This document shows, in pieces, positions 1-6,195 of a DNA stretch of 8,389 nucleotides; within the stretch, counting starts at the first letter, position 1; each line of letters starts with the position of its first letter. The position numbers were made by a program, and so were the translations under genes. This stretch comes from an uncultured archaeon. GTDB taxonomy: Archaea; Iainarchaeota; Iainarchaeia; Iainarchaeales; CSSED10-239. Under the pieces are notes generated by a model. The model was not told the DNA's origin. It saw only the letters and a list, made by a program, of their open reading frames with translations, and searched no databases. The stretch spans positions 98,476 through 106,864 of the forward strand of contig CAZCAP010000002.1 in assembly GCA_964496765.1 (NCBI GenBank). Direction: 5' to 3'.

Positions 1-2
1 GT

Positions 3-803
3 CTTTCAATAAATGATAATGTGGTTGCTCTCAAGACATTGGTTGCCTCTGCAAGAATTGCAGATGCATCAAGAATAAATTTAATTCTTCCATCCTTTCC
101 CTATGCAAGACAGGACAAGGCATGGGGTAGAGAAGGAATAACCGCAAAAATGTTTGCTCGTGAGCTTGAGCTTTGTGGTGCAAATACAATAATAACGCTT
201 GACATTCATAATCCAGCAATTGTTGGTTTCTTTGATAAGTGTGTTGTTGAAAATCTAAAAGGATTCAGAGATTTATACAAATACATTTTAGAAAACATAG
301 ATTCTCCTAATCTTGTTATTTCCAGTCCAGATGTTGGTGGAATAAAGAGAGCAACTCTTTTTGCAACTGAACTTAAAAGAAATCTAATAACAATCTATAA
401 GGAAAGAAGTTATGAAAAAGTAGATTGTATTGATAGAATGGAAGTTATTGGTGATGTTAAGGGGAAGGATGTTCTTCTGGTTGATGATATGATAGATACT
501 GGTGGGACAGTTTACAATTCTGTTAAGATCCTAAAAGAAAAAGGAGCAAACAAGATCTACTTTGCATGTTCCCTTCCCTTCTTTAATGGTAAAGCACTAG
601 TAAGAATGGAAGAACTCTATGCAACCAAGTCTTTAGAAAAAATAATTGGAACAAATGCAGTTTACCATGAGTCAAACTTTGCAAAAGAGCATCCTTGGTT
701 TGTTTCTGTTCCAGTTGATGATTATTTTGCAAAAGTTATTTTCAATATGTACACATCAAGATCAATAAGTAATCTTCTTAATGATATTAGAAAGAAAAAA
801 TAA
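3..803 (+). CDS. prs: Ribose-phosphate pyrophosphokinase (PRPP synthetase), 5'-truncated by the window edge
   Basis: The frame is open from nt 3, reading LSINDN upstream of the track's GTG at 21, so the true start lies outside the window. It carries the hallmark 'PYARQDK' motif, a 'LDIHN' segment, and the PRPP-binding loop 'VLLVDDMIDTGGT'. Stop is TAA 801-803. Confidence 0.9.
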   Translation, partial: LSINDNVVALKTLVASARIADASRINLILPSFPYARQDKAWGREGITAKMFARELELCGANTIITLDIHNPAIVGFFDKCVVENLKGFRDLYKYILENIDSPNLVISSPDVGGIKRATLFATELKRNLITIYKERSYEKVDCIDRMEVIGDVKGKDVLLVDDMIDTGGTVYNSVKILKEKGANKIYFACSLPFFNGKALVRMEELYATKSLEKIIGTNAVYHESNFAKEHPWFVSVPVDDYFAKVIFNMYTSRSISNLLNDIRKKK

Positions 804-828
804 AGTTCAAGTACTTAAAATTAAAAAG

Positions 829-862
829 ATGTGTCGTAACACAAAATACACAAATGTGTTAC
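829..862. promoter_or_regulatory. Perfect 8-bp inverted repeat GTAACACA (836-843) / TGTGTTAC (855-862) with an 11-nt spacer, plus ATGTGT direct repeats at 829-834 and 854-859; possible operator or prs 3' hairpin
   Basis: Read directly from the sequence. It sits immediately upstream of a TATA-like box and 32 nt upstream of the PIN gene ATG. The downstream operon encodes a ribbon-helix-helix protein, a class that usually binds such palindromes. Confidence 0.35.
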
Positions 863-863
863 A

Positions 864-876
864 TTTATATTTTTTT
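864..876 (+). promoter_or_regulatory. TATA-like box TTTATAT followed by a T-run; candidate promoter for a leaderless PIN-operon transcript and/or oligo-T terminator of prs
   Basis: TTTATAT at 864-870 lies 24 nt upstream of ATG 894, which fits archaeal TATA-to-start spacing. The T7 run at 870-876 fits an archaeal oligo-T terminator. The AT-rich background makes such calls weak. Confidence 0.3.
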
Positions 877-893
877 CTATTTATCATATATAT

Positions 894-1394
894 ATGAAAC
901 TAGTTGTTGGAGATGCATCATCATTAATACTTCTTGCAAAAGCAAACATTCTTGTTGATTTATTAAAATTTGTAGAAATATTAATTCCAACCATTGTATA
1001 CCAGGAAATTCTGAAAGGTAAAGAAAAAAATAAACAAGATGCATTCTATATCGAGCAACTAATAAATGCAAACGAAATAGTTGTGGTAGATGCAAATGAA
1101 AAAATAATTTCCCAGATAAGACAAATTTATAGGTTGGATCTTGGCGAAACACATGCAATCGCTCTTGCAAAAGAAAAAAATATAGATATATTGATTGATG
1201 ATAGAGCTGGAATTATTGTTTGTAATAAATTAAATATAGATATATTTACTGCATTATTAGTTTTAGAAGAACTAACCATTAAAAAATTAATTCCTATTGA
1301 AAAAAGTAAATCTGCACTTGCACTGTTTATTCAGGAAGGTAGATATAAAAAAAAAGAAATAGATAATTTAAAAGTAGGTGGTTTTTATGAATAA
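894..1394 (+). CDS. PIN-domain ribonuclease toxin (COG2405/DUF3368-like VapC-type)
   Basis: 166 aa. The acidic PIN quartet is readable: D7 ('VVGDASSLI'), E38 ('VYQEIL'), E85 ('LGETHAIALAKE') and D102-D103 ('ILIDDRAG'). The overall pattern matches my recollection of the DUF3368 PIN consensus (GEaeaiaLA ... liDDr). Confidence 0.8.
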   Translation: MKLVVGDASSLILLAKANILVDLLKFVEILIPTIVYQEILKGKEKNKQDAFYIEQLINANEIVVVDANEKIISQIRQIYRLDLGETHAIALAKEKNIDILIDDRAGIIVCNKLNIDIFTALLVLEELTIKKLIPIEKSKSALALFIQEGRYKKKEIDNLKVGGFYE

Positions 1395-1788
1395 CATGCA
1401 TTTAACAATAAGGATAGATAAAGATCTTTTAGAAAGTATAGATAAAATTGCAAAATATAGGTATCTTGATAGATCTGCAATTGTAAGGCAAACAATAAGA
1501 ATCGGTGTTCAAGATGAATTAACAGAGCTAGCAATTAAATTATATTCTGAAGGTGAATTGACTACTTCAGGTGGGGCAAAGTTTTGTGATATGTACATAG
1601 GGGATTTCATGAGTCTTCTTGCAAAAAGGGGGGTTCCCAACGATATTCCTGATGAAATTATAGAGAAGATGCATAAAAATATAGGTAATTTAATTCCAAT
1701 AAAGGAGAAATCAGTTTTAGCATCTCCTAAGCAGAAAATAAAGTATTCTCTATCAAAAACAAAAAAGAAGAAAAAGATATCAAAATAG
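1387..1788 (+). CDS. Putative antitoxin: N-terminal ribbon-helix-helix (CopG-like) fused to a UPF0175/COG2886-like HTH domain, with a Lys-rich tail
   Basis: 'MHLTIRIDKDLLESIDKIAKYRYLDRSAIVRQTIRIGV' shows a beta-strand/helix/helix RHH pattern. 'LAIKLYSEGELTTSGGAKFCDMYIGDFMSLLAKRGVP' resembles the UPF0175 consensus (Y..g.lS.g.AA...g....F...L...gi). Candidate starts are GTG 1378, ATG 1387 (AGGTGG at 1376-1381 upstream; overlaps the PIN stop) and ATG 1396. Stop is TAG 1786-1788. Confidence 0.7.
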   Translation: MNNMHLTIRIDKDLLESIDKIAKYRYLDRSAIVRQTIRIGVQDELTELAIKLYSEGELTTSGGAKFCDMYIGDFMSLLAKRGVPNDIPDEIIEKMHKNIGNLIPIKEKSVLASPKQKIKYSLSKTKKKKKISK

Positions 1789-3069
1789 AGTTTTTTGTTC
1801 TATCTTTATTTTTGTTTCTTCATCTATTTCTTTCTGTTTTTTTATTTTTTCCTGTTCAGAGAAGCAAATAAAAGGTACTCCATAGAATCCAGCTCCTCCT
1901 GGCTTGAATACAACTAGATCTTTTCTAAAAGCTAGAATATATTTAGTTATTTCTTTATCTATCCTATTTAGTTCATCTTCAGAAAGATTAAGCATAACAC
2001 CTATTTCTGTGTTCTCTTTAATAAATAATTCATATTTTTCAATAACGTTCTTTGAGTCTATGTTCTTTTCCTTAAGAGCAAGCTGAATAACCTGTGCTAG
2101 AGGGATTAGGTACTTGTATTCTGGTCTTTTATCAATATCTTTTAACTCTTTATTTCCTTGTAATCTAGCAATCTCTATAACCCTATCAGCAACTCCTTTT
2201 TTAACAATTCCTTTACATTTAATACATCTCCAATTGTTCTTTTCTGCTTGATCAATTGAATGAATTTGGGAGCACACTCTACAGGCTGTTCTATTGTACT
2301 TACCTTCATTTGGATTAAATCCAACATTGTATTCAATTTTATTTTCTTTCTTTTTATTTAGTAGATTAAGAAACGAATCAAAGTTTGGTGCATCTAGATT
2401 CATTGCAACATACTCTCTTCCAATCCTATAGCTCATTGGGGAATGTGAATCAGAGAATGAGAAAAAATTAATTCCTGAGAGATCAGGTATCTTGTTTGCT
2501 ATCCTGCTATCTGCTGATAGTCCTAGTTCAATAAACTTAATATATTTATAATTCTTACCATAGGCTTCCTTGAGTGTATCAAAATGAGAATAAACTCCAA
2601 AATAGGGAGTGAATGCATGTGCTGGTCCAATTGGAACATCTAATTCTTTGCAAATATCAATTAACTGTTCTGCATCTATTGGAATTCTTGGTCTTCCATC
2701 TCCGTACTTCTCTGGGCCTTTCTTATATTTATTAAATTCAATCTTAAATAGATCAACATGTTCAAAATCTTTAAAATAAAGAAGATGGTGAACTCTCATA
2801 ACAGTTTCAACCTCGCATCCAAGAAGAAAGTTAGTTCTTTTGTTTTCAGGTAAATCCTTATCTTCTTTGAAAAAGAATGTTCCATCTTTATCTTTTACTA
2901 GATTTTCCTTAACATGCTCATACCATTTTGAATGAAGAATGTCAGCGCTTGTTAATAGATTAAGTCCCTTCTTTTTTGCTTCTCTTGCCAAGATAGGAAT
3001 AGATATGTTCTTTGCACAGGCAGCTGCATAGGGAGAATGATAATGAAGATCAGAATTATATATACTCAT
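1780..3069 (-). CDS. endoQ: Endonuclease Q (PHP-domain, TIGR00375-family nuclease for deaminated bases and AP sites)
   Basis: 429 aa. The N-terminal PHP metal motif is 'DLHYHSPYA'. Further His/Asp ligand motifs are 'RVHHLLYF', 'GPAHAFTPY' and 'FSDSHSP'. A C-x2-C-x15-C-x2-C zinc finger reads 'CRVCSQ...CIKCKG'. Size and domain order match characterised Thermococcales EndoQ as I recall it. The C-terminus 'EQKTLF' is PIP-box-like. Confidence 0.75.
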   Translation of the reverse strand: MSIYNSDLHYHSPYAAACAKNISIPILAREAKKKGLNLLTSADILHSKWYEHVKENLVKDKDGTFFFKEDKDLPENKRTNFLLGCEVETVMRVHHLLYFKDFEHVDLFKIEFNKYKKGPEKYGDGRPRIPIDAEQLIDICKELDVPIGPAHAFTPYFGVYSHFDTLKEAYGKNYKYIKFIELGLSADSRIANKIPDLSGINFFSFSDSHSPMSYRIGREYVAMNLDAPNFDSFLNLLNKKKENKIEYNVGFNPNEGKYNRTACRVCSQIHSIDQAEKNNWRCIKCKGIVKKGVADRVIEIARLQGNKELKDIDKRPEYKYLIPLAQVIQLALKEKNIDSKNVIEKYELFIKENTEIGVMLNLSEDELNRIDKEITKYILAFRKDLVVFKPGGAGFYGVPFICFSEQEKIKKQKEIDEETKIKIEQKTLF

Positions 3070-3082
3070 GTTTATTTTCCAT

Positions 3083-3364
3083 TTAAATTATTCCAAAAAA
3101 CTTTAATATTAGCATGGTTCCAAGTCCAGCGAGTCCAAAGATAGCAGAAACAATAAGAGTGATTACAAATGGAAGCTTAATCCCTATAAGTGTTAAAACA
3201 AATAATCCTGCAACCCCAATAATACTGTTTACAATAAAATGCTTAAGGAAATACATAATCAATAGGGTTATTCCAATTAATATGATTCCAAGAACTAAAA
3301 TCTTTGGATTATGAACTAAATTAATAACCTTTTCTGTTCCCTGAGCAATAATGTTTGCATCCAT
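3083..3364 (-). CDS. Small integral membrane protein, BofA-family-like (pro-sigmaK processing inhibitor family homologue)
   Basis: 93 aa with three hydrophobic segments. The C-terminal part 'NSIIGVAGLFVLTLIGIKLPFVITLIVSAIFGLAGLGTMLILKFFGII' resembles the Gly-rich BofA (PF07441) pattern. It ends 13 nt upstream of the endoQ ATG on the same strand, so it is probably co-transcribed. Confidence 0.55.
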   Translation of the reverse strand: MDANIIAQGTEKVINLVHNPKILVLGIILIGITLLIMYFLKHFIVNSIIGVAGLFVLTLIGIKLPFVITLIVSAIFGLAGLGTMLILKFFGII

Positions 3365-3477
3365 ATTAATATTATATGTACTCCCTTTTTTAAATATTAG
3401 ATTTTTTCCTTATCTTTATATACTTATCTAATATTAATATATATATTAAAATAAAAGTAAGATAAAAGTGAAATTAT
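3365..3477. promoter_or_regulatory. Divergent promoter region between the BofA-like/endoQ operon and the 228-aa gene
   Basis: Minus-strand TATA-like 'ATATTTAAAAAA' (plus coordinates ~3387-3397) lies 22 nt from ATG 3364, suggesting a leaderless transcript. Plus-strand 'TTTATATA' at 3415-3422 and further TATA-like runs at 3439-3450 precede ATG 3478. An AGTGA Shine-Dalgarno-like element sits at 3467-3471. Confidence 0.3.
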
Positions 3478-4164
3478 ATGACCAGAGAAACAATCGAAGA
3501 AGAAACAACTTCTTTTAAAGATGATGAACTTAAAAAGAACCTTTCAATACTTGATCTTAGAAATCTAGTAGCTAAGAACCTCTCAACAGGAGATAAAACA
3601 GAGGATGATCTTAAGAAACTAATCCCTGGAGCAACCTATGAACAACTTGTTCTTGCATTAAAGAACATGCTAACTTTAAAGCTTATTAAGAAAGAGGGTT
3701 TTCCAATTAAGTATTCTCTATCTTCAGATATTAAGGAAAGGCTTCTTAGAAGAAAGGATGTATCAAATACTGATTCAAACCCAATAAGAGTATCAATAAT
3801 GATTGAATCAATGGCTAATGACAAGAGTGCCTTGAGAACAGCAATGGAGCAGATACTTGAAAGATTAAAGGCAGATACTAATTATAAGATTTATGAATCA
3901 AGCCTAGCGGAGGTAGTGGTTCATGAATTAACAGGGTTGTTTTCTACATATATCGAAGCAGAAGTGTCCTGTTCTAACTTTCAATCCCTATTAAAGCTAA
4001 TCTATTATTATGGGGTAACTTCAATTGATGTAACTAAACCAGAAAAGTTAACTCTTTCAATCTCTGATCTTCAAGAAGGACTTTTTGCCATAGTTGACAT
4101 GACCCATGGGTATGCTGATATGGTTTACAAGCTACAGCAGGAGCTCAAACATTTAAAGAAATAA
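3478..4164 (+). CDS. Hypothetical protein: acidic N-terminus, probable winged-helix segment, C-terminal alpha/beta domain of unknown function
   Basis: 228-aa ORF whose GC and codon usage resemble the housekeeping genes. 'YEQLVLALKNMLTLKLIKKEGFPIKYSLS' looks like a recognition helix plus wing. The C-terminal ~110 aa alternate predicted strands and helices in a beta-alpha-beta-beta-alpha-beta pattern. I recognise no family. Confidence 0.65.
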   Translation: MTRETIEEETTSFKDDELKKNLSILDLRNLVAKNLSTGDKTEDDLKKLIPGATYEQLVLALKNMLTLKLIKKEGFPIKYSLSSDIKERLLRRKDVSNTDSNPIRVSIMIESMANDKSALRTAMEQILERLKADTNYKIYESSLAEVVVHELTGLFSTYIEAEVSCSNFQSLLKLIYYYGVTSIDVTKPEKLTLSISDLQEGLFAIVDMTHGYADMVYKLQQELKHLKK

Positions 4165-4227
4165 GAAGAAATACTGTGTTATAATTAGTGCTTATTTAGT
4201 GGGGGAATTATATCAAAAACCGAATGA

Positions 4228-4235
4228 TTTATATA
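4228..4235 (+). promoter_or_regulatory. TATA box TTTATATA for the wHTH-NTase operon
   Basis: This is the consensus archaeal TATA octamer, 22 nt upstream of ATG 4258, which favours a leaderless start at 4258. TTAGTG direct repeats at 4185-4190 and 4196-4201 (11-nt spacing) lie just upstream and are possible operator half-sites. Confidence 0.35.
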
Positions 4236-4257
4236 TTATTTGGATAATAATATAATT

Positions 4258-5127
4258 ATGACTCTAACCACAACACAACTAAGTGTATTTTATGAAATTA
4301 TAAATGAAAATAACAAACTATCATCTATATCTGATGCTCTTAATAAAAATAAAACACATATAAGTGAAATCCTAAGTATATTAATCAAAGAAAAGTTAAT
4401 CCACAAAAATAAAAATCAATTTATAATATCAAATTACCCCTTTACTATTAAATTACGCTTCTTGTTGTTAACAAATAAAAACCTAATCAATATACTGTGC
4501 GATTCTGGTATTGATATATTATTGTTATTGTTAAATAAATCAACTATAAAAGAAATTGCAACTAAGTCTGGATTAAAAGAAATAACAATTAGAAAATTTC
4601 TTCAAAAATCAAAAAATATGTCTATTATATCTAAAGAAAATAGTTATTTTTCATTAAATGAAGAAGTTTGGGGAAATTTAAAAGAGTTTTTATTGGATTA
4701 TAAATCCTTTCAGGATAGTTATGATAATAGGATCCCTCTCGGTTCAGTGATTTATTTTAAAAATAAAAAGGAAATTATTTTTTCTTATAATAAAGAACTA
4801 GACTCTGCGAGCCCAACAGCATTTACTATATTTAAAAAATATGATATATTAATATTTAGTAATGTTTGCTATTATTATTTACCTAAAAAATCATTAACTA
4901 AAAAGGATATATTAGAGCACACTCTAAAGATTGTATCTAAAACAATGGACTTTAGGGATATATTGCATCTTTCATTATTTTATATTAAGTATAAATCTGA
5001 ATTTAAAGACGTACACCATGAGATACTAGCTAATCTAAATAAGATACTTATTGGCGAAAAAGTGAATGGTTATCCCCCATTAAAAGAAATTAAAGAAAAA
5101 TTAATATTATATAATATAAGGATGTGA
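4258..5127 (+). CDS. Tandem winged-helix (2x wHTH) DNA-binding protein with a ~150-aa C-terminal domain; AbiEi-like putative regulator/antitoxin
   Basis: wHTH 1 is 'QLSVFYEIINENNKLSSISDALNKNKTHISEILSILIKEKLIHKNKNQFIIS' (aa ~7-58 from M at 4258). wHTH 2 is 'GIDILLLLLNKSTIKEIATKSGLKEITIRKFLQKSKNMSIISKENSYFSLN' (aa ~84-134). I prefer ATG 4258 to the track's TTG 4240, which is only 5 nt from the TATA box. Stop TGA 5125-5127 overlaps the next gene's start. Confidence 0.7.
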   Translation: MTLTTTQLSVFYEIINENNKLSSISDALNKNKTHISEILSILIKEKLIHKNKNQFIISNYPFTIKLRFLLLTNKNLINILCDSGIDILLLLLNKSTIKEIATKSGLKEITIRKFLQKSKNMSIISKENSYFSLNEEVWGNLKEFLLDYKSFQDSYDNRIPLGSVIYFKNKKEIIFSYNKELDSASPTAFTIFKKYDILIFSNVCYYYLPKKSLTKKDILEHTLKIVSKTMDFRDILHLSLFYIKYKSEFKDVHHEILANLNKILIGEKVNGYPPLKEIKEKLILYNIRM

Positions 5128-5804
5128 TAAGTCTTATGGAAGAATATATATCTGATTTTAAACAAGTAATTAATAAATTTGAAGACATTGATAAAGCAGT
5201 AAACCGAAAACTTAATATTTATTTAATTGGTGGTGCTGTTCTACTATATGCAAAACTAAAATCAGGAACTAAAGATATAGATTTAGTTGTAAATAATAAG
5301 AAAGATTATGAACTATTAACAACTGTTTTAAAGAAATTAAATTTTTTAATAGAAAAACCAACAAAAGAGTATAATCGGTTTAATTTAGAAAATATATTAG
5401 TTAAAGATAACTATAGGATAGATATCTTTAATAAGATAGTTTGTAAGAACTTATTTTTAAGTAGGAATATGATTAAAAGAGCAAAGCTAGTTAAGGCCTA
5501 TAATAATATACAATTATATGTTTGTTCAAACGAGGATATCCTTGTTTTTAAAACAATAACTGATAGAGAAGGGGATATTGATGATTGTTATAATCTTTCC
5601 CTTCAAAACCTAAATTGGGATACAATCCTATCTGAGATCAAATACCAAGTAACTAAGAGCGGAAACGAGATATGGGTTACTTGGTTTGAGGAGAGATTAA
5701 ACCTCCTCGAAGATCGTAAGATCTATATTCCAATAATTAATGAGATAAGGAAGTTAAGTCACACCTATTACACAAAGCTAAAAGCAAAGCTAAATGAAGA
5801 ATAA
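5124..5804 (+). CDS. Minimal Pol-beta-superfamily nucleotidyltransferase (AbiEii / DUF2204 / DUF6036-like)
   Basis: NTase signature 'YLIGGAVLLYAKLKSGTKDIDLVV': G36-G37 (nt 5229-5234), then D51-x-D53 (nt 5274-5282). The third acidic residue is D100 in 'YRIDIF' (nt 5421-5423). The downstream helix 'EDILVFKTITDREGDIDDC' resembles the K..A.R.KD..D motif of AbiEii-type NTases. Start is GTG 5124 within ATGTGA (4-nt overlap), or ATG 5136. Confidence 0.7.
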   Translation: MISLMEEYISDFKQVINKFEDIDKAVNRKLNIYLIGGAVLLYAKLKSGTKDIDLVVNNKKDYELLTTVLKKLNFLIEKPTKEYNRFNLENILVKDNYRIDIFNKIVCKNLFLSRNMIKRAKLVKAYNNIQLYVCSNEDILVFKTITDREGDIDDCYNLSLQNLNWDTILSEIKYQVTKSGNEIWVTWFEERLNLLEDRKIYIPIINEIRKLSHTYYTKLKAKLNEE

Positions 5805-6055
5805 GTAAGTTAAATGATGTAATAGGTTAGTTATTTAATTCCTTACAGATCCTATATTATATATATAAATAAAAAACTAAAGTACTGTACTCTTTCAACC
5901 AATAGGTGTATACATAATACTGCCCATAATCAGGGTGCTTTCCTACTCTTATTCCTTTAAAAACCTATTGTTGCCTTTCCGAAATAGTAAGCTTTTTAAA
6001 TAAAACTCCTCCTTAATTATCTTACTAGGATCTGCTTTAAGGTTAGGACTTTTGA

Positions 6056-6063
6056 TTTTTTTT
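6056..6063 (+). terminator. Oligo-T (T8) tract, candidate archaeal terminator inside the long intergenic region
   Basis: T8 read directly from the sequence. Archaeal RNA polymerase terminates at oligo-T runs. Its function here is untested, and it could equally be background AT-rich sequence. Confidence 0.2.
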
Positions 6064-6158
6064 GTTCTCCTACAAATATCATACTGTAAATAATTTCGCA
6101 GGTTCAATCTTAATATCAAACAAAAAACAAATCTAGAAAGAAAAAAAAATCAAATCTT

Positions 6159-6195
6159 TTTAGATAAAAAACAAAAAAACAAAACACATGAGGTG
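6159..6195 (+). promoter_or_regulatory. Proximal promoter and ribosome-binding region of the S-layer gene: TATA-like TTTAGATA (6159-6166) and Shine-Dalgarno GAGGTG (6190-6195)
   Basis: GAGGTG lies 7 nt upstream of ATG 6203 and matches the conserved 16S 3'-end complement. The TATA-like box lies about 22-27 nt upstream of position ~6188-6193. Confidence 0.45.

Noticed and set aside
21-23. GTG at 21 as the prs start (track annotation)
   Set aside because: The frame is open back to nt 3. The upstream residues (NDN-VVALKTLV) align with the internal conserved 'ND.lmel' region of PRPP synthetases, so the gene is truncated by the window rather than starting here.
31-219. Track ORF, minus strand, 62 aa
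   Set aside because: Antisense to the strongly conserved prs region (the PYARQDK motif lies here).
877-1170. Track ORF, minus strand, 97 aa
   Set aside because: It is antisense to the PIN gene, which has a readable catalytic quartet. The minus ORF also runs through the PIN promoter and has a His/Leu/Gln-rich nonsense-like composition.
1904-2086. Track ORF, plus strand, 60 aa
   Set aside because: Antisense to endoQ, with a low-complexity Ser/Phe/Ile-rich translation.
3114-3314. Track ORF, plus strand, 66 aa
   Set aside because: Antisense to the BofA-like membrane protein gene. The minus-strand product has coherent transmembrane segments and operon context with endoQ.
3636-3824. Track ORF, minus strand, 62 aa
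   Set aside because: Lies fully inside, and antisense to, the 228-aa plus-strand gene. It has no promoter or RBS context.
4240-4242. TTG at 4240 as the start of the wHTH gene (track annotation)
   Set aside because: It lies only 5 nt downstream of the TATA octamer (4228-4235). ATG 4258 has proper TATA-to-start spacing for a leaderless mRNA.
1780-5127. Possible alternative genetic code (TGA recoding), considered because of the AT-rich small-genome look
   Set aside because: TGA terminates endoQ (1780-1782, minus strand) and the wHTH gene (5125-5127) at sensible protein ends. I saw no in-frame TGA inside any supported gene, so the standard code fits.
5900-5970. 8-bp inverted repeat CAATAGGT/ACCTATTG, considered as a structured RNA or tRNA-like element
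   Set aside because: The stem cannot be extended in either direction and the loop is ~55 nt. I could fold no cloverleaf or conserved tRNA boxes, and a single 8-mer match is plausible by chance. I keep it only as a detail of the intergenic-region finding.
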